The translations under genes were made by a program, and so were the position numbers. From contig JBBDOS010000011.1 in assembly GCA_040876925.1 (NCBI GenBank), positions 1-54,812 of the forward strand: 54,812 bases of DNA. Reading direction: 5' to 3'. The notes below the pieces were generated by a model. That model searched no databases and had not been told where the DNA came from. It worked only from the letters and a program-made list of their open reading frames with translations. Below, piece after piece: positions 9,087-18,189 of this stretch (positions are counted from its first letter, which is position 1; the number at the start of each line of letters is the position of its first letter). This DNA comes from Candidatus Saccharimonadales bacterium. GTDB taxonomy: Bacteria; Patescibacteriota; Saccharimonadia; QS-5-54-17.

Positions 9087-11210
9087 CTACTCCTTTAAAG
9101 ACTTCTTACTGAGCTTAAGACGGCCCATATCATCAATGCCTATCAGTTTGACCTTGATGACGTCACCTTCTTTAAGCTCATCTTCTACTTTGTCTATATG
9201 CTTATCGGCTATCTCGGATATATGCAACAATCCATCTTTGCCCGGTAAGACATTCACAAAGGCTCCAAAGTCAGTAATCTTAACTACTTCGCCTTCATAA
9301 ATATTACCTATTTCTGGATCTTCAGTTAAGCCTTTAATGATTTCTACGGCTTTTTCGGCACCAGCGTTATTGCCGCCTTCAGCAGCTATTAACACCAAGC
9401 CATCATCTTTAATATCAATCTGTGCACCGGTCTCATCAATAATACCGTTAATGGTTTCTCCGCCTCTACCGATAACCTCGCCTATCTTTTCTGGGTTGAT
9501 CTTAATCTTCAATATCCTAGGGGCGTTATGGTTAAGCTCTTCTCTAGGCTCAGCTATAGTCTCTAACATGGCTTTAAGTATATGGGCTCTACCAGCTTTA
9601 GCTTGAGCTAGGGCTTCAGCCATAATTTTCGGTGTAATTCCACCTACTTTAATATCCATCTGCAAGGCTGTAATACCCTGTTCAGTACCAGCTACCTTGA
9701 AATCCATATCGCCAGCAAAATCTTCAGCGCCAGCAATATCTGATAGAATTTCATACTTGCCGGCATCGCCCATCATTAGTCCCATAGCAATACCTGATAC
9801 CGGACGTATTAGTGGTACACCCGCATCCATCATACTCAAAGTAGTACCACAAACACTAGCCATAGAAGTAGAACCATTACTAGTAGTTACCTCTGATACG
9901 CTACGAATTACGTATGGGAAATCTTCTTGAGATGGAATCATTGGAGCTACTGCCCTCTCTGCTAGAGCACCGTGACCTATCTCTCTTCTGCCTGGAGTGC
10001 GCATTGGCTTGACTTCACCAACTGAATAACCTGGAAAGTTGTAGTGGTGCATGAAATGCTTTTCACTATCTTCTTCCATACTATCTATAGAAAGAGCAAA
10101 ACTGGAAGAAGCTAGAGTAGTAATATTTAACACTTGAGTAGAACCTCTAGTGAATAAAGCTGAACCGTGAGTTTTAGGTAGTACGCCTACTGCCGAACTT
10201 AATGGCCTAACTTCATCCGCTTTACGATTATCTGGACGCTGGCCTTCTTCTATAATAGCTCGTCGCACCTCTGCTTTAATAGCCGAATCAAAGCTTTCTA
10301 ATATATGGGCCTTTTCAAACTTATCAGCATGGTTATTAGAAAAGTGCTCTATAACTTCTTCTTGAAGATTACTAATAGCCCGGTGTCTCTCATAGTGACT
10401 CTCGTGTCTTACAGCTGGACCTAATTTATCTCTTAAGAACTCTCTCATTTCGTTTTCTAGCCCTTCATCATCCTCATGAGCCTCATACTCCATAGTCTCA
10501 ATACCCATCTTCTTAACCAGTTCATTCTGTAGCTCTATAACTGGTTGAAGTGATTCATGAGCTAGCTCTAGAGCCTTGGCCATAGTATCTTCATCTACTT
10601 CATTAGCTCCAGCTTCTACCATCATAATGGCATCTTTAGTGCCAGCAACAGTTAAGTCCAACTTACTCTTATCTAGATCTTTGTTACTAGGATAAGGCAC
10701 TAACTTATCATCTATTAACCCGACTTTGATACCGCTAATAGGCCCGGCAAATGGTGCGCCCGATAGCATCAAAGCAGCAGAAGCAGCTATCATAGCTATA
10801 ACATCTATGGAGTGCTCCATATCTGCACTAAGCACTGTGGTAACTACCTGGGTGTCATTGCGAAACCCTTTAGGGAATAGTGGCCTTATTGGTCTATCTA
10901 TTAATCTAGCTGTTAATGTGGCTGTTTCTGAAGGTCTACCTTCACGCTTCATATACCTACTACCAGAAATCTTACCAGTAGCGTACATCCTCTCCTCATA
11001 ATCTATTAGTAGAGGGAAGAAATCTATACCATCTCTGGGAGTATTTCCTACCACGGCAGTACCTAGAACTACAGTATCGCCGTATCTAACTAGAGCTGCT
11101 CCATCAGCCAAGAAGGCCATCTGGCCAGTTTCTATTGACAATTTCTTGCCACAAAATTCTGTTTCTACCTTTATTTGTTTTCCGTTAAATGGATGTATGA
11201 TATTACTCAA
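9087..11210 (-). CDS. pnp: Polyribonucleotide nucleotidyltransferase (PNPase), TTG start
   Basis: FFPL..DYEER, RLIDRPIRPLFP, RREIGHG.LAERA, GDMDFKVAG, KH and S1 domains; AGGAG SD. Confidence 0.98.
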   Translation of the reverse strand: MSNIIHPFNGKQIKVETEFCGKKLSIETGQMAFLADGAALVRYGDTVVLGTAVVGNTPRDGIDFFPLLIDYEERMYATGKISGSRYMKREGRPSETATLTARLIDRPIRPLFPKGFRNDTQVVTTVLSADMEHSIDVIAMIAASAALMLSGAPFAGPISGIKVGLIDDKLVPYPSNKDLDKSKLDLTVAGTKDAIMMVEAGANEVDEDTMAKALELAHESLQPVIELQNELVKKMGIETMEYEAHEDDEGLENEMREFLRDKLGPAVRHESHYERHRAISNLQEEVIEHFSNNHADKFEKAHILESFDSAIKAEVRRAIIEEGQRPDNRKADEVRPLSSAVGVLPKTHGSALFTRGSTQVLNITTLASSSFALSIDSMEEDSEKHFMHHYNFPGYSVGEVKPMRTPGRREIGHGALAERAVAPMIPSQEDFPYVIRSVSEVTTSNGSTSMASVCGTTLSMMDAGVPLIRPVSGIAMGLMMGDAGKYEILSDIAGAEDFAGDMDFKVAGTEQGITALQMDIKVGGITPKIMAEALAQAKAGRAHILKAMLETIAEPREELNHNAPRILKIKINPEKIGEVIGRGGETINGIIDETGAQIDIKDDGLVLIAAEGGNNAGAEKAVEIIKGLTEDPEIGNIYEGEVVKITDFGAFVNVLPGKDGLLHISEIADKHIDKVEDELKEGDVIKVKLIGIDDMGRLKLSKKSLKE

Positions 11211-11228
11211 AACATCTCCTTTCTTTAT

Positions 11229-11279
11229 GCGAACAGGGGTCAGGTATTGAAAAATGGTAATACCTATTTCCCTGGCCGC
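11229..11279 (-). promoter_or_regulatory. Long interrupted hairpin in the pnp 5' leader
   Basis: GCGGCCAGGG/CCCUGUUCGC and AGGUAUU/AAUACCU stems on the minus strand just upstream of the pnp SD. Confidence 0.6.
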
Positions 11280-11338
11280 AAAACTTATTATTAATTTAAT
11301 ATTCTCCTAAATTTAGTACTTTTTATAAAGTTTGTACC

Positions 11339-11398
11339 AAATCACAAACAAACTTCAAATTAAATAATTGAAATTTGAAACAAGCTCATTTGTGATTT
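11339..11398 (-). other. AT-rich nested inverted repeat downstream of rpsO (terminator or processing hairpin)
   Basis: AAATCACAAA...TTTGTGATTT enclosing TTCAAATT...AATTTGAA. Confidence 0.5.
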
Positions 11399-11407
11399 CA
11401 ACAACTA

Positions 11408-11674
11408 CTACTTACGCAAGCCTAGTTTAGTGACTAGTTTCTTGTAACTATCACCATCTTTATTCTTAAGATAGTCTAATAAACGCTTACGCCTGCCTAC
11501 CATTTGCAGTAAACCCCGGCGAGAGTGCAAATCCTTTTTGTGCACCTTTAAGTGCTCAGTTAGTGACTTAATGCGTTCAGTTAATATGCCTACTTGGACC
11601 TCAGTAGATCCAGTGTCTGATTTATGAGACCCCAACTCACTAACAATCTTCTTTTTGTTATTAGACTTCAACAT
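11408..11674 (-). CDS. rpsO: 30S ribosomal protein S15
   Basis: [29 protein letters not shown]. Confidence 0.98.
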   Translation of the reverse strand: MLKSNNKKKIVSELGSHKSDTGSTEVQVGILTERIKSLTEHLKVHKKDLHSRRGLLQMVGRRKRLLDYLKNKDGDSYKKLVTKLGLRK

Positions 11675-11861
11675 AACTCCTTATATATTATCAGTTATTC
11701 AGATGCTAAACAACGGTATTTAAATAATTAAATTACTTAAGATTAGCTTAGTTTCATGCTCCATGACGATCATGTAAGTTTATTTTTACTTATCTAGAGA
11801 CTATGAATCTACCCCTAGATTATTCAAAATTCTTTAATAGTTATCATAGCATCAATATTAA

Positions 11862-12536
11862 TTAGTTGTCAACATCTACTATATTCTCCTCATTAACAGC
11901 TTCGGGAGAGATAGCATCCTCCACACTTAAGTCCCCTATAGATAATCTGCGCAAACCACTCAAGTAAGCACCTGTATTAATAGATGCGCCCAAATCTCTA
12001 GCTAAAGAACGAATATAGGTGCCACTACCAACTTCACATCTGATGCTTATAGTTGGATAATCATAATCTAGCAGTTCAATCGAGTAGATATTAACATCAC
12101 GAGCTTTAAGCTTCGTACTGCCGCCTGATCTAGCTTTTTTGTAGGCTCTCACACCATCCACTTTAATAGCGGAAAACTGTGGTGGTATCTGAGATATATT
12201 ACCTATAAATGAGTTTAATGCAGATTCTATAACATCTTGTCTGGGTTGATGATCACTAATCTTGGTGGTATTACCTTCAGCATCATCTGTATCACTATTA
12301 CTGCCCAATGTAATCTTGGCTTCATAAACTTTATCTAGCTTCATAAACTTATCTTGTTTTTTGGTGTAGTTACCTACTAAAACTATAACTAAGCCAGTAG
12401 CCATAGGATCTAGTGTACCGGCATGACCCATTTTAGGAGCTTGGCCATTACTAGTACTTAGCTGATTACGAAATTTACGTATGATATCAAAACTACTCCA
12501 GCCTTGGGGTTTATCAACTAATATAATTCCATTCAT
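11862..12536 (-). CDS. truB: tRNA pseudouridine-55 synthase (short, no PUA domain)
   Basis: DKPQGWSSFD, GHAGTLDPMATG, PP.FSAIKVDG, GTYIRSLARDLG. Confidence 0.96.
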   Translation of the reverse strand: MNGIILVDKPQGWSSFDIIRKFRNQLSTSNGQAPKMGHAGTLDPMATGLVIVLVGNYTKKQDKFMKLDKVYEAKITLGSNSDTDDAEGNTTKISDHQPRQDVIESALNSFIGNISQIPPQFSAIKVDGVRAYKKARSGGSTKLKARDVNIYSIELLDYDYPTISIRCEVGSGTYIRSLARDLGASINTGAYLSGLRRLSIGDLSVEDAISPEAVNEENIVDVDN

Positions 12537-12553
12537 GAAAATAAAGCTCCTTT

Positions 12554-14269
12554 TTAAGAAGCTGCTGGGGGTTGATTATCATCTTCTGAAGAGTCAAGAT
12601 GCATGCTATTGTAAGCTTCTTCTGCTGCCTTGCGAGCCGCCTCTATATCTATATGGCCTTCTTCTTGATCTGGGCTTTGAGTTGTGTCTTGGCTTGAGTC
12701 TTGGTTGCTAGAATCCTGAGCAGTTGGGGTAGATTCATTAAAAGGCGCTGCTGTATTATTGCCGGTCTCAAGAGTCTGATTCTCTATATCAGGCACTCCG
12801 GATAGATTATTATCAGGATTACTATTTGGAGCGTTATTGCTAGGGCTAAGAGTTGATCCTGGCGTGAAAGTATTAATAGCATCACTACTAGGAGCAGCTG
12901 CATTCACGCCTGATAGACCCTGGTTAACAGCACTAGTATCCTGCTGAGGAGGCATACTACCACCCTTTTTGATAGACTCTAGTATATTTTGTGACTCTAA
13001 ATCTTGTTGGTCTAGCTCTTGTTGAGGTTCATCTATTCCCTGCGGTGGCTCAACAACTCTTTCTCTGGGTTTATCATTGATTAGACTAGAACCTGTTGAC
13101 TCTTCTTGATTATCTTCTTCATTTCCAGAAAGAGCACTGCCTACCTTAATCATATCAGCTATGGCATCCGGTGATGGCTCATCTCCTTGAACTTCTGGTT
13201 GGGAATCCTGACTCGAATCATTACCTTTATCATCAGTTAACTGTTCTATATTGTCTGACTTATCATCAGTATTTTTACCACCTGGCTCTTTAGTTTTGGT
13301 TTCCTTAGTTGACTCTTTTGCAGCATCGTCCTTGCCCGATTCTTTAGCTTTAGTGTCTGGTTTCTTATCTTTATTTGTAGTTTCGGGTTTGGCTTCATCG
13401 GCTTGTTTATCTTCACTAGTATCCCTGGGCTCAGGTTGAGGATTTCTTTGATTTTTAACTATTTCTGCTTGTTTGGCACCAGCTGCTAATAACTGAGCTG
13501 CCATGGTCATAACTTTTGGAGTAGTAGCTGTATTGGTGAAGTGATCGGTCTTATCAACAATACCAGTAAGTAGAGCTGTGGCTATTTGCTTATCGATTAT
13601 ACCGCCACCTAGGGCTTCGGACATACTCATTACCATCTCTGAGACAGAGCTAGCAGCTACATCACTCCATGATAAATCTCCGCCGCCATCAGTATCATTA
13701 TTGATAAAAGCAAAATCAACCTTTTCGGTTACTTTTTTATCTCCTGTTACGGCTTTGTCTAGCTCCGCTTTGGCGCTAGCGCCTAGAGCTATAACTAAAT
13801 CATAATGATAGTCTCCGTCACTAAAACTAACATCTTTCTCGCTGTAAGTACCATTATATGGGGTAATATATATCTTGAGAGTATCGTCTTCTCTAAGGTA
13901 TTTAAGACTATCTGATTCTGTGCGCTTTTGATCTACTTCTATAACAAAGTCTTTCTGCCCTTGTAGCTCTTTGTTGATAAAGTCTCTAGGCAGAAAATCT
14001 AGAGACTTTGGCAAATCGCTACTAATAACTACTTCTGATATCTTCTCAAGCTTAGTTAGCATTAAATGCAGAGCTATAGCTGCGGCTATAACGTCCCTGT
14101 CAGGATTTTTACCGATGGTAATTACTAGACTCTCCGAATTGCGGATGGTTTCTACTAGCTGTTGTTTAACAGTCGGCTGAGCGCCACTAGAGTCTTTTTC
14201 CTCTTTATTATCATCTTTATCTTTTTTACTCATAGTTCTTAAGCTACTTACTCTTCCCTGTTTTGTCAA
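12554..14269 (-). CDS. Degenerate DHH-family (NrnA-like) protein with long acidic disordered C-terminus; likely start ATG 14233
   Basis: Remnant motifs NPDRDVIAA, ASSVSEMV, IATALLTGI..KT..F...TT; the DHH motif itself is absent (FINND). Confidence 0.7.
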   Translation of the reverse strand: MTKQGRVSSLRTMSKKDKDDNKEEKDSSGAQPTVKQQLVETIRNSESLVITIGKNPDRDVIAAAIALHLMLTKLEKISEVVISSDLPKSLDFLPRDFINKELQGQKDFVIEVDQKRTESDSLKYLREDDTLKIYITPYNGTYSEKDVSFSDGDYHYDLVIALGASAKAELDKAVTGDKKVTEKVDFAFINNDTDGGGDLSWSDVAASSVSEMVMSMSEALGGGIIDKQIATALLTGIVDKTDHFTNTATTPKVMTMAAQLLAAGAKQAEIVKNQRNPQPEPRDTSEDKQADEAKPETTNKDKKPDTKAKESGKDDAAKESTKETKTKEPGGKNTDDKSDNIEQLTDDKGNDSSQDSQPEVQGDEPSPDAIADMIKVGSALSGNEEDNQEESTGSSLINDKPRERVVEPPQGIDEPQQELDQQDLESQNILESIKKGGSMPPQQDTSAVNQGLSGVNAAAPSSDAINTFTPGSTLSPSNNAPNSNPDNNLSGVPDIENQTLETGNNTAAPFNESTPTAQDSSNQDSSQDTTQSPDQEEGHIDIEAARKAAEEAYNSMHLDSSEDDNQPPAAS

Positions 14270-14393
14270 TTTGCAACAGAGCTGGTTAACTTGCCTTAAT
14301 TATACAACTACTATTGCATAGTTGTCACACATAAAGTATAGTTTGCCTCTAGAATAAAATAACTAATAATTAAGAAGAGGATGATTAGTTAAA

Positions 14394-14732
14394 ATGCCAA
14401 TTATTAAATCGGCCGCCAAAAGAGTGCGGCAAGACGTCAAAAGAACCAGAATAAACAATCGTTATCGACGTGAGATGCACGACCGGGTTAAGGCAGTTGT
14501 TGATGCTACTGCTAAAGGTGATAAAAAATCAGCAGAAGCTGGTTTGCCATTAGCTCAAAAAGCTATAGATAAAGCTGTTAAGAAAGGCGCGATTCATAAG
14601 AATACAGCCAGTCGCAAGAAAGCTTCTTTAAACAAAAAGGTTAAAGAAGCTCTAGCGTCCAAGAAAACTACTGCAAAAGCTACCACCAAGAAACCAGCTA
14701 CTAAAAAGTCTGCTGCTAAGAAGTCCTCTTAG
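14394..14732 (+). CDS. rpsT: 30S ribosomal protein S20 with Lys/Ala/Thr-rich tail
   Basis: MP.IKSA.KRVRQ, IDKAVKKG.IHKNTASRKK. Confidence 0.97.
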   Translation: MPIIKSAAKRVRQDVKRTRINNRYRREMHDRVKAVVDATAKGDKKSAEAGLPLAQKAIDKAVKKGAIHKNTASRKKASLNKKVKEALASKKTTAKATTKKPATKKSAAKKSS

Positions 14733-14773
14733 GGAAACAGCTTAGCTTTATCTTCTCCAGTCTATCACTGCTT

Positions 14774-15703
14774 TTATTTAGTAACTTTAGCAATATTAAA
14801 CATAACTCTCTCTAATACCGATGAGCTGTCACTGCTTTGACCAGTTTTAATGCTGTAGTCTGCTTCTATAACTTGCTTGTAGACATTTTCTAGGTGCTTA
14901 ATAGAAGTATTACGCAAAACTTTTCGCGACTTATTGACTACATAAGGATTTATACCATGTTCTTTAGCTACCTGATGATCAGGACTATTATCCGAATGAG
15001 CCACAACTATAAGATTACGCAGCTGCCAGCCCAACATGGTTAATATCTCTAAATCATGAATATTTTGTTGCTTTAAATCATCATAATAGCTCAAGCCTCT
15101 GGTAATATCCCCGGATGATAAAACATCTATTAACTCGAATATTGTATGTCTAGGACTCGGTAAAACTAAAGCATCTATATGCTCTTCGTTGATATCTCCT
15201 AAAGAAGCAAGTTTGTCTACTTCGCTGCTTAGGCGCCACTGATCTGGACCAACTCTATCTATAAGTTTTCTAGTTAGTTGACTATCTATCTTTAGATCTT
15301 GATCTTTAGCATACTTTTGTAGCCAAGTTACTAGTGCGCCTTCAGATTTGGTTGCGAATTCCTGTGTTTTGGCTGCTGCTTTTATAAACTTATACCATTT
15401 GGATCGTTTATCTACCTCCGGATCATAAATAACTACAACAGTATCATCGGGGACTCTATCTATATTAGCCTCTATAGCACTTGTCATTGCTTTATTTTTG
15501 CTAGGATGTTCTATGATAACCAAACTGTTATCAGCCAACATTGGCAGCGATGTTAAGGATGTCACTACACTATCTATATCAGCATCAGATTCAAAGCGAC
15601 TTAAGCCAAAATCTGAACCCATAGAGTTATGGTATCGCTCTACCAGTTTAGATATCTGTTCTTTAGCAGTATAGGTGTTGTCTCCATAGAAAAAATAAAC
15701 CAT
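14774..15703 (-). CDS. holA: DNA polymerase III subunit delta
   Basis: YFFYG.N, L.SLPML, L.SEVDKL, IFELID, ADYSIKTG; adjacent to rpsT as is common. Confidence 0.9.
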   Translation of the reverse strand: MVYFFYGDNTYTAKEQISKLVERYHNSMGSDFGLSRFESDADIDSVVTSLTSLPMLADNSLVIIEHPSKNKAMTSAIEANIDRVPDDTVVVIYDPEVDKRSKWYKFIKAAAKTQEFATKSEGALVTWLQKYAKDQDLKIDSQLTRKLIDRVGPDQWRLSSEVDKLASLGDINEEHIDALVLPSPRHTIFELIDVLSSGDITRGLSYYDDLKQQNIHDLEILTMLGWQLRNLIVVAHSDNSPDHQVAKEHGINPYVVNKSRKVLRNTSIKHLENVYKQVIEADYSIKTGQSSDSSSVLERVMFNIAKVTK

Positions 15704-15761
15704 CTCAACTAATAGTATCTATTATTTAGACTCTAACTTCTAGTGGTTGATGTGTTAGAAG

Positions 15762-16640
15762 CTATATAGTTTGGCAGTTAGAACATAGATGAGTACCCCT
15801 ACCAGCTACTCTAATTTTAGTAATTATGCCACCACATTCATCGCACAATTCTCCTTCTCTGCGAAAAACTCTGGCATTATCCAAATAATTGCCCTTTAGG
15901 CCATTAGCATTCACATAATTAGTAAAGCTAGTACCGCCATAATTTAGACTAGTTTCCATAATTAATGGTATGGCACTGTATAAACGTTCTATTTCTGTAG
16001 AAGATAAGCTGTTAGCTTTCCTTAAAGGATGAATTTTAGCCATATGCAGTGACTCATCAGCATATATATTCCCTACTCCAGCTATAACGGATTGATCTAA
16101 GATTGCAGCCTTAATAGCTCTCGATGTTTTTCTCAAGCTGCTGCTAAAACTGTCTAGAGTGTAGTTTTTATCTAGCGGTTCAGGACCCATAGACCGCAAC
16201 AGTTGTTGCTTATCTATATCTTTGGTTTTAATTAGCTTAATCCAGCCAAACTTGCGCTGATCGTTAAAAAATAGTCTATGACCTCTGCTTAAGTCTATTA
16301 TTACCCTGGTACTATTATCTGGTAGTTTGGCCATTAGAGACTTGGTTGGATGCCCTCCGCCAAACCTAGAACCATCTTGAGATTTAGGTGTATCTAGTAC
16401 TACCTGACCGGTCATCTTTAAGTGAATTAACAGACTGTATTCACTGCTTAAATCTATTATTAATACTTTACCCCGTCTTCTAATATTAATTACTTTCGTA
16501 TCTATAATTAGCTTCTCTATATCTAGCCTATCAATCGGCATAGACCTAGACCACAAGATCTCAACTTCTTTAATTGTTTGCCCCTTTAAAGAATCTTCTA
16601 GTCCTCGCTTGATAGTCTCTACTTCTGGCAACTCTGGCAT
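15762..16640 (-). CDS. mutM: Formamidopyrimidine-DNA glycosylase
   Basis: MPELPEVET, HLKMTG, D.RKFG, GVGNIYADE, C-terminal zinc finger CDEC...CSNC. Confidence 0.98.
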   Translation of the reverse strand: MPELPEVETIKRGLEDSLKGQTIKEVEILWSRSMPIDRLDIEKLIIDTKVINIRRRGKVLIIDLSSEYSLLIHLKMTGQVVLDTPKSQDGSRFGGGHPTKSLMAKLPDNSTRVIIDLSRGHRLFFNDQRKFGWIKLIKTKDIDKQQLLRSMGPEPLDKNYTLDSFSSSLRKTSRAIKAAILDQSVIAGVGNIYADESLHMAKIHPLRKANSLSSTEIERLYSAIPLIMETSLNYGGTSFTNYVNANGLKGNYLDNARVFRREGELCDECGGIITKIRVAGRGTHLCSNCQTI

Positions 16641-16666
16641 AATTAATCCTTATTTGCGGAAATTAT

Positions 16667-17131
16667 TTAAGAGGAACGTTTTTTAAGCATTAATAATGCA
16701 GTTCCAATACCTATAAAAGCTAGTAATGAACCGAAAGGTATAGTTATAAAACCTAGTAAATCTGTCTGTCTCTCGGTGCAAGAAAGTACACTAGGACCAC
16801 AGAAATCAGTAGCACGGGGTATTATTTGCAATAAGTAATGATACAAGGCAATCCCAGCTCCCACTATAACTATCGGGAAAGCGTACCAAAAAATATCAAA
16901 TCTCTTCTGCAATAGTGCTACCCCTAAAATAAACGGTAGAGGATACATAAATATTCTTTGCCACCAACATAGCGTGCAAGGCAACAAGTTCATCGCATGC
17001 TCTAAGATCAAACTACCTAATGCAGACGATAGCGACAGCAGGAAAGCTACCTGTAGCCAAAACAGTTTGGAATTAATCAACTCTTTTAGTTTATTCATGT
17101 CTAAATTAATATAGCAGTTTTTACAGTACAC
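16667..17131 (-). CDS. dsbB: Disulfide bond formation protein DsbB/BdbC; likely start ATG 17098
   Basis: PCTLCWWQRIFMYP, second Cys pair FCGPSVLSC, GFITIP, four TM helices. Confidence 0.9.
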   Translation of the reverse strand: MYCKNCYINLDMNKLKELINSKLFWLQVAFLLSLSSALGSLILEHAMNLLPCTLCWWQRIFMYPLPFILGVALLQKRFDIFWYAFPIVIVGAGIALYHYLLQIIPRATDFCGPSVLSCTERQTDLLGFITIPFGSLLAFIGIGTALLMLKKRSS

Positions 17132-17162
17132 TGCGAGAACTTAGAGAGGAGTTAATATAGTC

Positions 17163-18107
17163 TCAAGCTGTTGATCTTGCAGGGTGACAAAGACGATCAA
17201 TGACTGATAATCTCCACCTATCATACTCACTAGCGGTATCACTTTTACTGCGGTTGGTAGTATCAAAGAGTACATATCTGGACTGACTGTCCCATCTGTT
17301 AAGTCTGCCCAATACTCTATCTATATTTATTAGATCAGGATTATCCCTCCAAGCTACTAAGTAATCCGTACCTAAGTCCATAGGGCATGCATGAGCACCT
17401 TTATCGCTATCCCGCTGATTACGTAGTTGCAATGAATCTGTTTGAGCCACCACCAATTCATGGTCATCAGGTAGAGATCGATAGTCTATACCTTTATCTC
17501 TAGACAAAGTTCTGTGAGCCGCTTCTGTTAGGTCAACTTGAAAAAAAGCTGTTAAAGCCAGTCTAGCCATCTCGCGAAGTCTTTGATTTTTTTGCAGAAC
17601 ATCTGATATCTCTTTACGACCACTCCTGCCATCAATATACACCTCCTTGAGACCGTTATTAGCGGCCTCAACTACCAATCTAGTAGCTACTTGGGTACAA
17701 AATGAACGAACTAATTGTTTTTGGGCAAAGAACGAAATTACTCTATTGACAGAGTCACTGTATAGAACTTCTGCAATATCAACCTCTTTAAGCTCCTCTT
17801 CGCCTATACGGATATTGTCGGGGTTGGGATCTATTCGTTCAGACAACAGGTCTACAAAACTATTTAACGCATCGTTATCAGTAGTAAATTTCCGCGCAGC
17901 AACTTCAATATATTCAAAGTCACTTCTGTCAAAATTTGCATCAACACCCTCTGAATCTCTCAACCACAATTCAGTAACTGTTCGAAAAATACGACCAGTA
18001 TCAAGTTGTTGGGCTCCCTGACTCTCCAAATATTCACCAACGGTACCCTTACCGGAGCCAGCTGTACCATCGGCTATATGTATTAGTACTTTTTCAGCAC
18101 AATTCAC
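17163..18107 (-). CDS. Divergent cytidylate kinase-like P-loop protein
   Basis: DGTAGSGKGT Walker A, LDTGRIFR (cf. CMK LDTGAMYR), DGR, A.R and R..RD motifs, with long insertions. Confidence 0.7.
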   Translation of the reverse strand: MNCAEKVLIHIADGTAGSGKGTVGEYLESQGAQQLDTGRIFRTVTELWLRDSEGVDANFDRSDFEYIEVAARKFTTDNDALNSFVDLLSERIDPNPDNIRIGEEELKEVDIAEVLYSDSVNRVISFFAQKQLVRSFCTQVATRLVVEAANNGLKEVYIDGRSGRKEISDVLQKNQRLREMARLALTAFFQVDLTEAAHRTLSRDKGIDYRSLPDDHELVVAQTDSLQLRNQRDSDKGAHACPMDLGTDYLVAWRDNPDLINIDRVLGRLNRWDSQSRYVLFDTTNRSKSDTASEYDRWRLSVIDRLCHPARSTA

Positions 18108-18189
18108 CTCACACTCCTCTACTTAGGCTAGCCAATGTTTGGTCTAGTCAGTCTATCTTAAGTTAATACCATCAAGCAAACATAGCCAT

